NCBI GenBank assembly: GCA_963765005.1
Contig: CAVXUP010000009.1
Location: 77,609-141,608, forward strand
Origin: an uncultured Bacteroidales bacterium
GTDB lineage: Bacteria; Bacteroidota; Bacteroidia; Bacteroidales; VadinHA17
DNA length: 64,000 nucleotides
Direction: 5' to 3'
Shown here: in pieces, positions 41,090 through 50,306 of the stretch
Position numbering within the stretch: the stretch's first letter is position 1
Layout: each line of letters begins with the position of its first letter
Position numbers and translations under genes: made by a program
The notes under the pieces: model-generated
The model's input: the letters and a program-made list of their open reading frames with translations, nothing else
Told to the model about the DNA's origin: nothing
Database searches by the model: none

Positions 41090-42041
41090 GCCGGAATATT
41101 TCATCATCATAACGCAACATAAGTAAATCTTTGGTCCAGGAATCAGTAAATTCGACCTTCCCATTTACCAGGTATTCATTAATTATCATTGAGGGATAAT
41201 TGGCATTTGCATGGTATGAGAGTGGATAGCCGCCGCCAAATCTCGGATTTATTTCAATACCAATAACCTTACGTGAATCATTGTTCCGGAATACCTGCAA
41301 GGTAATGCAGCCCACAAAGCCTTTGCATAAAGCAAACTTTGAGCAGACTATCTCATAGAGATCATCTCTCCGCGTTACTCCCTTGCTTACTTCACCACTT
41401 CTGACTTCTATCCGTTCGCGGGGAACAGCGCATTTCAGGTAATAGTTCCTGTCGAAATACATATCCACTGTGTATTCAGTATGTTGCTCAGGATCAAGAT
41501 ACTCAAGAAACATCATCTTATTGTCATTCCTGATGGTCTCATTAAGCGCCTCTCTGTCATTGATCTTTTTTGCACCTATACTGCTGCTTCCGTCATATGG
41601 TTTGGCAAAAAGCGGAAATTCCGGAAGCGTCTTGTCAAATTCGCGTGGTCTTTCAAGTCCAATCTGATCAAAAAACCTGTGTGTGTTTCTCTTATCCCTG
41701 CACATCATTACCATTTCAGGTGAAGAGATAACAAGCTTAATGTTTCCCTTGTAAAACAGGTCCATATTTTGTGATAATGGAATCAACTCAGTGTCAATTG
41801 TCGGTATTACAAGTTTAATATTATTATCATGGCAAATACGTATCAGTCTTTGACAATATTGCGGATCGCTGGCATGAGGAACTGAAAAAGCGCCATCGGA
41901 AATCTGACAGGCTGAGGATAACTCTGGTTTCATGTCGGCAGTAAAGACCTTTCCGTTAATGAATAGTGAAGTGAGTTCTTGCTTAAAAGCTCTCACAAGC
42001 GAAACTCGTCTTCCTGCCGATGTTATTAGGATATTACTCAT
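41073..42041 (-). CDS. ATP-grasp domain protein (carboxylate-amine ligase type)
   Basis: 322 aa. The N-terminus 'MSNILITSAGRRVSLVRAFKQEL' is typical of polysaccharide-locus ATP-grasp enzymes. 'AKPYDGSSSIG' and 'EINPRFGGGYP' motifs are present. Confidence 0.7.
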   Translation of the reverse strand: MSNILITSAGRRVSLVRAFKQELTSLFINGKVFTADMKPELSSACQISDGAFSVPHASDPQYCQRLIRICHDNNIKLVIPTIDTELIPLSQNMDLFYKGNIKLVISSPEMVMMCRDKRNTHRFFDQIGLERPREFDKTLPEFPLFAKPYDGSSSIGAKKINDREALNETIRNDNKMMFLEYLDPEQHTEYTVDMYFDRNYYLKCAVPRERIEVRSGEVSKGVTRRDDLYEIVCSKFALCKGFVGCITLQVFRNNDSRKVIGIEINPRFGGGYPLSYHANANYPSMIINEYLVNGKVEFTDSWTKDLLMLRYDDEIFRHDYKG

Positions 42042-42646
42042 AGTCTGCTCCCTGTAAATTTCTCCATTGTATTACCCTGATTATTATATATACCAGACCT
42101 TCTAAAAAGCTTAACAAAAGTCATCCATATAATTCTCATATCGAGCCGGAATGATATATTATCGACATAATATACATCGAGGCTGAATTTTTCCTCCCAG
42201 GTTAAGGAATTCCTTCCGTTTACTTGTGCCCAGCCAGTTATACCCGGCTTCACTTCATGTCGCCTGCTCTGTTCGGGAGAATATAATCCAAGATATTCAA
42301 TTAACAGAGGACGAGGTCCAACGATGCTCAGTTCGCCACGAAGAACATTTAGAAACTGAGGCAATTCATCGAGACTAAACTTCCTCAGAATCGATCCAGC
42401 CCCTGTAAGACGTTGTATATCAGGTAATATTTCACCGGAAACAGAAAACTCATTACTCATTGTTCTGAATTTGTAAAGTGTAAAGATCTTGCCATTTTTT
42501 CCTGGCCTCTTTTGTTTGAAAATCACAGGTCTTCCATTAAGAAAGAGAAGGATAAATCCTATTAGGGCAAAAAGAGGGAGTAGAAGTAACAACATTACCA
42601 GTGAGATCACAAAATCCAGAACAGGTTTTGCAAAGAACTTGTACAT
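42038..42646 (-). CDS. Small polyprenyl-phosphate sugar-phosphate transferase (Bac_transf; PglC/WcfS-like initiating enzyme), intact
   Basis: 202 aa with a single N-terminal re-entrant helix, 'QKRPGKNGKIFTLYKFRTM', 'DELPQFLNVLRGELSIVGPRP' and 'KPGITGWAQVNGR'. Confidence 0.9.
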   Translation of the reverse strand: MYKFFAKPVLDFVISLVMLLLLLPLFALIGFILLFLNGRPVIFKQKRPGKNGKIFTLYKFRTMSNEFSVSGEILPDIQRLTGAGSILRKFSLDELPQFLNVLRGELSIVGPRPLLIEYLGLYSPEQSRRHEVKPGITGWAQVNGRNSLTWEEKFSLDVYYVDNISFRLDMRIIWMTFVKLFRRSGIYNNQGNTMEKFTGSRL

Positions 42647-42692
42647 TTTCAGAATCAGATTGTCACTTTGGATAAACAGTCGGGTTTAAATT

Positions 42693-43517
42693 TTAAGAAG
42701 GCAAGAAAAAAATATTTGGAGTTCGTTTGTCTGCAAAATCCTTAAATGAAATAATTTCTTCTTTCATGTCATTATAGATTTTATAGTTGACAGAAATGAA
42801 ATATTCAAATATATACTCCTCATTTGCCTGCATTTCAATCATAAGCACAGGGCGATTCTTTTCGACAGAAGTTTTTAGACCTGTTATACATTCCCATTCA
42901 TAGCCTTCTATATCTATTTTTACAAAGTCAGGTAAATCAGTGTTATCAAAGTAATCATCAAGCCTTATGACTTTTACATTTTCTGATCTATATTCAGCAT
43001 TTGGTTGTGCTGACAAAGACCTATTCCTGTTAAAACCTTCAAAATCCTTAACCAGAGTATTGTTTTGGCCAGTAAGAGGATCAAGATAAAACTCCATTTC
43101 ACACGATTTATCTCCTGCGGCAAGTTCTTCCACTACAATATTTGATCTTTTACAAAGTTCAATATTTTTATAAAGGTATCTCAGGTTATTACTCCCGGGC
43201 TCAAAAACAATTACTTTCCCGGCATTTCCGGTAAGTATGGAAAAAAAGGTAGTGATATATCCGATATGACCGCCAACTTCAAGGATCGTCATTCCTGGTT
43301 TAATTAATTCATTAAACCGTTTCATGGAGTTTAATTCCCGTTTCTTTCCATAATACCAGTAACCTTTATGCTTGTATAAGTTAAGCATGAAGGACCTTCT
43401 GGTATAAGGATGCCTTATTCTTATATCAATTGCAGTAAGCCTGAGGATTGATAAGATGACTTTGCGTACAAGAAGATGAAATTTACTGATCTTTAGATCC
43501 CTGGCAAGCATATTCAT
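42693..43517 (-). CDS. FkbM-family methyltransferase
   Basis: 274 aa with 'ILEVGGHIGY' (SAM motif) and 'DFVKIDIEGYEWE'. Confidence 0.8.
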   Translation of the reverse strand: MNMLARDLKISKFHLLVRKVILSILRLTAIDIRIRHPYTRRSFMLNLYKHKGYWYYGKKRELNSMKRFNELIKPGMTILEVGGHIGYITTFFSILTGNAGKVIVFEPGSNNLRYLYKNIELCKRSNIVVEELAAGDKSCEMEFYLDPLTGQNNTLVKDFEGFNRNRSLSAQPNAEYRSENVKVIRLDDYFDNTDLPDFVKIDIEGYEWECITGLKTSVEKNRPVLMIEMQANEEYIFEYFISVNYKIYNDMKEEIISFKDFADKRTPNIFFLPS

Positions 43518-43601
43518 AAATTAATCTGTTACAAAATATGATAACAATTCTGATTTCAAATTTAATTATGGCAGCAGATGATTGGTTGAGAATGAGGTTG
43601 T

Positions 43602-44831
43602 TTAATACCAGAATATTTTCCGGTATTTTGCGGCAAGCTTGTTGAAGGTTCTGTTCTGAAGCACATACTCTCTTCCCCTGTTTCCAATTTGCACCAGTTC
43701 ATCTTTATCCATTTTGTAATAATCAAGAATAGCCTCTGCTAAAGCCTCATGATCACCTGCAGGAACTACAGTACCACAGTCAGCCTCGTTTATTAAACTG
43801 ACATAGCCTGAGTAGGAAACTACCAATGGTTTTCCGCTCATCATATAATCCATCCACTTGTTCCGCGACAGCCCATATTCATAAATAGGAACAGACTTTA
43901 CACTGTCGTAAAGAATAGAGCAATGATTGAGGAAGTTCTGTACTTTCGCTTTAGATATTCTTGGAATAAAATGAAGATTTTTCAGGTCGCGTGCCAGATC
44001 AACCAGTTGCTCTTTCGCATTACCATCTCCGAGAAAGATAAAATGGATATCTGAAATACCTCTTTTATCAAGGAGTCTGGCAGCAGCAACCAGGGTTTCA
44101 AGGGAATTGGAGAGCCCAAGAGCACCGGCATATCCTACGATAAATCCGGAATCAGGAAAGAACTGTTTCAGTTCATTTTCAGAAATATCTTGAGCATTTG
44201 TCAATAAATTCAGGTCAATCCCCTGTGGAATGCACGAAAAATTGAATTTTCCACTGAACTTCTTCCTGATATGCAAATCTGCTCTTGGCATCGTTGCAAC
44301 AATATGATCTGCATTTTTATAACCTCTCTTCTCGATCCATCCCAGCAAAAGGACAAGAGGATTATATTTTGAATAGCGCCCTATGTCTATTAATGTCTGA
44401 GGCCATAAATCACGAATTTCAAATATGAATTGTGAGGACGGAGATCGCCTCTTAAGTACGATGCCATTTAATACTGATACCAGGGAGAGGCTGGAAACGA
44501 TAATTATTCCGGGCTTTGATGAGTTACTGCTTCTGTAGAAAAGCAAAAAAAATGAAAATATGAACCAGCTGAGCACGCGCCGAATTCCGGCTGGATTGGT
44601 GTATTTAATACCCCGCACCCAGACTACTTCAACACCGTTCACATTCTCATGAGTAAAGATCCCATTCACTGAAGGTTTAATATTTAGCTGATAATTACTT
44701 GTTGATGCAAATACAGTTACCTCATAACCCATCCTGATGAATTCTTCGGCCAGCAGGAAATGCCGGGCCCCATAACCATACTTTAAAGGAGTCGCATAAT
44801 GACAAATAATCCATATCCTATTATTTTCCAT
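43602..44831 (-). CDS. Glycosyltransferase family 4 (WbuB-like)
   Basis: 409 aa. N-terminus 'IWIICHYATPLKYGYGARHFLLAEEFIRMGYEVTVFAS' and C-terminal GT-B 'E...G...E' region. Confidence 0.8.
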   Translation of the reverse strand: MENNRIWIICHYATPLKYGYGARHFLLAEEFIRMGYEVTVFASTSNYQLNIKPSVNGIFTHENVNGVEVVWVRGIKYTNPAGIRRVLSWFIFSFFLLFYRSSNSSKPGIIIVSSLSLVSVLNGIVLKRRSPSSQFIFEIRDLWPQTLIDIGRYSKYNPLVLLLGWIEKRGYKNADHIVATMPRADLHIRKKFSGKFNFSCIPQGIDLNLLTNAQDISENELKQFFPDSGFIVGYAGALGLSNSLETLVAAARLLDKRGISDIHFIFLGDGNAKEQLVDLARDLKNLHFIPRISKAKVQNFLNHCSILYDSVKSVPIYEYGLSRNKWMDYMMSGKPLVVSYSGYVSLINEADCGTVVPAGDHEALAEAILDYYKMDKDELVQIGNRGREYVLQNRTFNKLAAKYRKIFWY

Positions 44832-44914
44832 GAATCACGACAGTAAGGAATTTGAATATCTAAGAAAATAATTCAACCTACCAGGTTGCAATACTTTTGG
44901 TTGAATATAAATGA

Positions 44915-45958
44915 TCAATCCCAGAAAAGCGGATGAATAAGAATTATGACTTTCTTCCCAACAGGTATAGCATTGAAATCCTCCATGCTCATGTGCCATC
45001 TTTTGCCACCAGGAAGAATCTTGACATCTGAGAAATTATAATCAGTATGGATATAATCTCCATCATATTCAAGATTATAATTAGACCTGTCGTCTTTGAT
45101 GATTTCTATTCCTTCTATCTCCGGTAAAAGTATTCCTTCCGGATCGCTCGAAACTTCCTGGTAGTTATGGCCGATCTCATCAAAGTTTAAATTGTTTTGT
45201 TCTGTGTTCTGAATGTGCACATTTGCTCCTTCCTTGTATATATACTCATAATTATAAAAGTTGTGGCCGAAATTCGGCGAGCTCCTCCAGAAATATGTAT
45301 TAAGATAATGATATATGTAACAATACGATGAACCATGAGTGCAGGTTCCTCTGATAATAATTCCGTTGCTGCGCAACCAATTTAGTTCCTGTTTAAGATA
45401 TGCTTTAGGATCAATTCCATAAACAACCTGGAGGGTAACGAGATTATTATGAAAGCCTAATTCATGCCCAAACCCATTCTGAAGTTTTTTAAAAAAATGT
45501 ATGCTTTTTTCATTACGGACAAATGAATTTTGCTTTGTTTTTCCATAATAATCTGCGGTATGCAGCAGATAGTATGTGGCTCTGATCCCATATTTTTGCT
45601 CGCGATAGGCGAATTTCATAGCAGTGTTAATATGATTATCAATATCATGTCTGATCGAGATAATCACCTTGTCAGAGGAGGTAGTTTTTTCAAGCTCGTT
45701 CTGAGTAACAAAAAGGTATCTTCCGGTGGAAACAAGGTCCTTAAGAAATTTCTCATATTCAACCAGGTTATGAGTCTTATTACTCATACTCGGGGTATTG
45801 CTTATAACAACCTTATCTGTGATTCTAATAGTTGCCTCATTATCATATAAGTCAAAAGCCTCCTTTTGGCATGAGCCAAGAAAACATGCCAGAAATAAAA
45901 CGAAACCAGACCTTGCTAACCGTCTGTTATAAAGATTTATTATCAGATCAGGAGTCAT
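44915..45958 (-). CDS. Lipoprotein with polysaccharide-deacetylase (CE4)-like motifs
   Basis: 347 aa with a lipobox ('FLGSCQKE'). 'SIRHDIDN', 'IRATYYLL' and 'GHELGFHNN' resemble the divergent CE4 pattern DxD ... TxF ... GHExxxH. Confidence 0.4.
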   Translation of the reverse strand: MTPDLIINLYNRRLARSGFVLFLACFLGSCQKEAFDLYDNEATIRITDKVVISNTPSMSNKTHNLVEYEKFLKDLVSTGRYLFVTQNELEKTTSSDKVIISIRHDIDNHINTAMKFAYREQKYGIRATYYLLHTADYYGKTKQNSFVRNEKSIHFFKKLQNGFGHELGFHNNLVTLQVVYGIDPKAYLKQELNWLRSNGIIIRGTCTHGSSYCYIYHYLNTYFWRSSPNFGHNFYNYEYIYKEGANVHIQNTEQNNLNFDEIGHNYQEVSSDPEGILLPEIEGIEIIKDDRSNYNLEYDGDYIHTDYNFSDVKILPGGKRWHMSMEDFNAIPVGKKVIILIHPLFWD

Positions 45959-47078
45959 TTCTTTTTAATAAAAGAGAATAAATATACAAAAGTTTCACTT
46001 CCTCATTCGCCCAGTTAAACTTTTTAATTATTGCATTACAGCCCGCTTCACCCATCTTTTCACCAATCTCATTGTTGTCTATCAGGTAGCTGATACTTTG
46101 AGAAATCTTTGCAGTATTGAAAGGATCGACACAGATCCCACAGCTGTTACCTTCGATAATCTCCTTCCATAGTGGAAAATCAGAGGCTATAACAGGTATA
46201 CCGGCAGCCATATATTCGAACAGTTTAACTGGCAGAGACTCCAGATATCCATGATCGGGATGGAGAATCAGCATTCCAACTCTTGATCTTCCAAGGATTC
46301 CGGCAATTTCATTTCTACCTACAAATCCATGAAATACTGCCATATCCCACGATTTCATCGTTGTTATCTCGTTCCTGAATGCGTCGTTCTCAAATTTTCC
46401 GGCAATTTCCAGTTTTACTTCCGGATCAAGAGACTCCATTGAGAGCATTAACTCCCTTATCCCTCTTGCTGCAGTAATTCCTCCCAGATAACAGATAGTT
46501 TTTTCTCTTTTTTCATACTCTGGTTTATCAAGGAATTCTGAAGCAATAACATAATTGCAGATATCCTCACATATCCTTGCAGATTTAAGAAAAGCAGTTT
46601 TTATAGAAGGCGTTGCGGCTATAACAGCACTGAATCGCTTTGCAAAAAAGAGTAATGCTGTTCCGGAAAATTTTGATATTGCAGGTCTCAGGTAAGCGGG
46701 AATATAATCCTTCCTTAGGATTTGTTTCGGGAGATCTTCATGTGCGTCAAAAACAACTTTCCTTTCCCTTGTCAAAAGTCTGTAACCCCAATAAAGAAAC
46801 TCCGGATCATGAAAATGATAAACCCGGCAATGCAATCCTTTGGCCCTTTTATAAATACGGTAAGATGTGAGGAATAACCTTTTAAGGAATGAGCCTGCCC
46901 TTAAGCCAACATCAATTATCCTAACACCATCCTTTTCCTCATCACCTTGCCCATCTGCAACTATCAGGAATGTTTTGTACTTCTTTGCAAGGCTTCTGCA
47001 TTCCTTCAGAAATATTCTGGTATCGTAGCGGTGATGCAAAATTGTTATATGACAAACACGTATTTCAGAGTCTGACAT
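45948..47078 (-). CDS. Glycosyltransferase (GT-B, family 1/4)
   Basis: Start chosen at ATG 47078 ('MSDSEIRVCHITILHHRYDTRIF'). C-terminal 'ESLPVKLFEYMAAGIPVIASD' is present. Confidence 0.8.
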   Translation of the reverse strand: MSDSEIRVCHITILHHRYDTRIFLKECRSLAKKYKTFLIVADGQGDEEKDGVRIIDVGLRAGSFLKRLFLTSYRIYKRAKGLHCRVYHFHDPEFLYWGYRLLTRERKVVFDAHEDLPKQILRKDYIPAYLRPAISKFSGTALLFFAKRFSAVIAATPSIKTAFLKSARICEDICNYVIASEFLDKPEYEKREKTICYLGGITAARGIRELMLSMESLDPEVKLEIAGKFENDAFRNEITTMKSWDMAVFHGFVGRNEIAGILGRSRVGMLILHPDHGYLESLPVKLFEYMAAGIPVIASDFPLWKEIIEGNSCGICVDPFNTAKISQSISYLIDNNEIGEKMGEAGCNAIIKKFNWANEEVKLLYIYSLLLKRNDS

Positions 47079-48885
47079 TATAAATCTCCTCCCATTTAGC
47101 AATATTAAACAACCGCCACTGAAGCCTTGGAGCCAGTCTGTCAAATGATTTGAGAACTTCTGCTTTATCTGAAATCTTATCAAGTATTTCAGATTTCGTC
47201 AGGCTCTCTTTCATTGTGTCCCTGATTGTATAAAGCCAGCTCCTTTCCGGGGCATTGAATCCCAGCTTGTTTTTTCGCCAGACAATATTTTGAGGGAGAA
47301 TGTCCTCCACTGATTTCCGAAGCAGATACTTTGTCCAGCCGCCTTTTATCTTAAAGCCGTTGTTTATCGATAGTGCTGTTTCAACGAGTCTGTAATCTAT
47401 GAAAGGCAGCCTGCTCTCGATTGAATGATACATAGAGTTTCTGTCTTCGTACTTAAGAAGGTGTGGAAGCTGCATCCTCATCAGTTCAAGTTTTTGCAAA
47501 CCAGCAATATTTAAATAAGCTTTTGCATTGCTTGCAAGAAGTTTTTTGTCGATCAGATCAAAATACTCCTGCCGGATGAATGGTAACCTTCGACGAAGAC
47601 GTTTAATCCTTATCTCCGGCATAGTGAAATAAAAGAGATACAAAAGCAATTCCTTCTTTGAAAGCCGGGAATTTGATGAAGATCTGAAAAAATTCAGTAA
47701 TCCTCTGAAAAAGCCCATAGAGATAAGGTAAGCAGGATAATAACGCTCATAACCGAGGAGTGTTTCATCCCCACCCTGCCCGTCAAGCATTACGGTACAG
47801 CCAACCTGTCTGGCTTTCTCAAAGACCTTATACTGCATAAAAACAGAAGGACCTCCAAATGGTTCTTCCTGAACTTCAATAATTCGCTGTAAATTTTCCT
47901 TAAAATCATCAACAGATGGAGTAATGGTATGCCAGTTCAGTGCTCCGTTTACGGCAACTTCTTCAGCATAACCACTTTCATCAAAATCTTTTTCGCTCGA
48001 TACGGCAGTTATTGCATTGAAACGATCTGAATTTGGCGGAGTATAAAGCGAAGCGGCTATTGTTGCCACTGAAGAACTGTCGAGGCCGCCGCTTAAGCAA
48101 GTGCCAACTCTTACATCGGAACGGAGCCTCAACTTTATTGAATCTTCAAGCAGTTCTTTATAAAGCGATATGGAATCGGTTTCATTAAGTTGACGGATTG
48201 AAGCAGTAATATTCAATTCATAATATCTTGAAATCGAGAATTTGTGGGTCTTCAGGTCATAGATCAGTGAATGTGACTGTTCAAGCTTGAGGATACCTGA
48301 AAAAAAGGTCTCATTTGAATGATCATCAAGTCCTGCAACAAGATAATCCATCATAACAGGAATATTTACCTTCCTATTATGCTGTATATTAAGCAACTGC
48401 TTGATTTCAGAACCGAAAACAAATACTGATGAGTTCTCAGAATAATAGAATGGTTTGACTCCGAACCTGTCGCGGCTGCAGAAGATCAGCCCTCTTGTCC
48501 TATCAAAAAGAGCAAAGGCCCACATCCCGTTGAATTTTTTAACACATTCTGTTCCATAACGGTCATAGGCGGCAAGAATAACTTCCGTATCAGAACCGGA
48601 ACTGAATTTATATCCTGCGTCTGAAAGTTCTTCCCTGATTTCTATATAATTATATATTTCACCATTATATATTATTACATACTTATCCTGATAATGCATA
48701 GGTTGTGAACCCTGTTCGGACAGATCTATAATTGATAACCTGCGATGACCAAGAGCAAAGTTTTTTCCGTGATAGTAACCTTCACCATCAGGTCCCCTGT
48801 GAATAATCAGGTCATTAATTTCCTTAATATCGCCGGGTGAAACCGGAAGATCATTTTTGTTTATGATTCCGCTTATTCCGCACAT
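47065..48885 (-). CDS. Asparagine synthase (glutamine-hydrolysing) family amidotransferase (WbpS-like)
   Basis: 606 aa with 'MCGISGII' (Ntn Cys2) and the PP-loop 'CLSGGLDSSSVA'. Confidence 0.88.
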   Translation of the reverse strand: MCGISGIINKNDLPVSPGDIKEINDLIIHRGPDGEGYYHGKNFALGHRRLSIIDLSEQGSQPMHYQDKYVIIYNGEIYNYIEIREELSDAGYKFSSGSDTEVILAAYDRYGTECVKKFNGMWAFALFDRTRGLIFCSRDRFGVKPFYYSENSSVFVFGSEIKQLLNIQHNRKVNIPVMMDYLVAGLDDHSNETFFSGILKLEQSHSLIYDLKTHKFSISRYYELNITASIRQLNETDSISLYKELLEDSIKLRLRSDVRVGTCLSGGLDSSSVATIAASLYTPPNSDRFNAITAVSSEKDFDESGYAEEVAVNGALNWHTITPSVDDFKENLQRIIEVQEEPFGGPSVFMQYKVFEKARQVGCTVMLDGQGGDETLLGYERYYPAYLISMGFFRGLLNFFRSSSNSRLSKKELLLYLFYFTMPEIRIKRLRRRLPFIRQEYFDLIDKKLLASNAKAYLNIAGLQKLELMRMQLPHLLKYEDRNSMYHSIESRLPFIDYRLVETALSINNGFKIKGGWTKYLLRKSVEDILPQNIVWRKNKLGFNAPERSWLYTIRDTMKESLTKSEILDKISDKAEVLKSFDRLAPRLQWRLFNIAKWEEIYNVRL

Positions 48886-48931
48886 TTATTCCAAAATCAT
48901 ATTAATTTGCAAGAGCTAAATTAAATTACGT

Positions 48932-49699
48932 TCAGGTAGCTTCGGTAAAAATCGATTCCAGTTCTTTTCGATCGGGGTAGCTGATGAGGACTCCCCGATG
49001 CCTTCCATGGAATACAAAAAAACTTCCGGCAGCCATTGCGCTTGCACCATTTATTTTTGCTTCTTTCAGATCTGAAAGCTTTCCTGCACCGCCGCAACAA
49101 ATAACAGGAATTTTCACTGCTTCCGAAATCATTCTTATCAGCTCCAGGTCATACCCGTTCATCTCGCCATCGTGGTTTATTGAATTGATCAGAATCTCGC
49201 CGGCACCGCAGTTCTCAATTTGCCGGGCATACTCTTCCGGACGAGTCTTGATCGGCTTTGTTCCGGAATGTATATAAACTTCATATTTACCGGTCCAGCT
49301 TTTGCGCACGTCAATTGAAACAACTATTGTTGAACTACCGAAAAGCCGGGCTGCCTCTTCGACAAATGATGGTTTTTCAGCTGCAATAGAATTTACAGCA
49401 ATCTTTTCAACACCTGAAAATATTATTTTTCTTATATCGTCAGTGTTCCTTATTCCACCTCCGTAGCAAAGCGGCATAAAACACTGGCTGGCTATATTAC
49501 CAATAAGATCGAAGGGAATGGGTGTATTGTTTAATGTGGCATTAAAGTTCAGAAGTATGAGTTCATCAACCTCCTTGTCATTAAATATTCTTACTGCATT
49601 GACAGGATCGCCAACATACTTGGGATTTTTGAACTTAACTGTTTTATAAAGCCCGTTATTTTTAATCAGAAGAACCGGTATGATCCTGGGAATAATCAT
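48932..49699 (-). CDS. HisF-like cyclase subunit paralogue (WbuZ / polysaccharide-locus hisF)
   Basis: 'MIIPRIIPVLLIKNNGLYKTVKF', 'GGGIRN' and 'CCGGAG'. Start chosen at ATG 49699, one nt after the HisH-like stop. Confidence 0.85.
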   Translation of the reverse strand: MIIPRIIPVLLIKNNGLYKTVKFKNPKYVGDPVNAVRIFNDKEVDELILLNFNATLNNTPIPFDLIGNIASQCFMPLCYGGGIRNTDDIRKIIFSGVEKIAVNSIAAEKPSFVEEAARLFGSSTIVVSIDVRKSWTGKYEVYIHSGTKPIKTRPEEYARQIENCGAGEILINSINHDGEMNGYDLELIRMISEAVKIPVICCGGAGKLSDLKEAKINGASAMAAGSFFVFHGRHRGVLISYPDRKELESIFTEAT

Positions 49700-49700
49700 C

Positions 49701-50306
49701 TTAAAAATTCTGATCAAAGTTTCTTAGAAGTTTCATTCCGAACTTATGACTCTTTTCAGGATGGAACTGCACTCCTGCAATATTTTCCTTCTCGATTACA
49801 GAAACAAATTCAATTCCGTATTCCGATGTTGCAGCAATAAGTTTATTTTCACCAGACAACAGATAAAAAGAATGAGCAAAATAAAATCGGGTTGATTCAT
49901 CAAAACCTTCCAAAAGTTTTGTAGTTGACTGGATCCTGACAGTATTCCACATCATATGCGGAGTGCGCACCTTATTGCTGTCGAATTTTACAGAATGGCA
50001 ATCAATCCAACCCAGACCCGCGTTGATTCCTTCTTCGCTCCTATTTCCCATTAACTGCATTCCAAGGCAGATTCCTAGAACAGGAGTTTTTTCCTTAAGG
50101 ATCTTTCTGTTCAGCAGCTCCTGCAACCCTGCACCGGCAAGGTTCATCATTCCCGTATCAAATGATCCGACACCTGAGAGAATAATCTTTTCAGCATCAT
50201 TAATTCTCGACAGATCTGAGGTTATTTCTGCCTTGATGCCAAGGTAAGTAAGCATATTAAGAACTGAGCCCGGATTACCGGTATTATAGTCAATAATAGT
50301 GATCAC
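49701..50306 (-). CDS. HisH-like glutamine amidotransferase subunit paralogue (WbuY)
   Basis: 201 aa with 'IIDYNTGNPGSV', 'GICLGMQL' (catalytic Cys) and 'GVQFHPEKS'. GTG start overlaps the WbuX-like stop (GTGA). Confidence 0.85.
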   Translation of the reverse strand: MITIIDYNTGNPGSVLNMLTYLGIKAEITSDLSRINDAEKIILSGVGSFDTGMMNLAGAGLQELLNRKILKEKTPVLGICLGMQLMGNRSEEGINAGLGWIDCHSVKFDSNKVRTPHMMWNTVRIQSTTKLLEGFDESTRFYFAHSFYLLSGENKLIAATSEYGIEFVSVIEKENIAGVQFHPEKSHKFGMKLLRNFDQNF

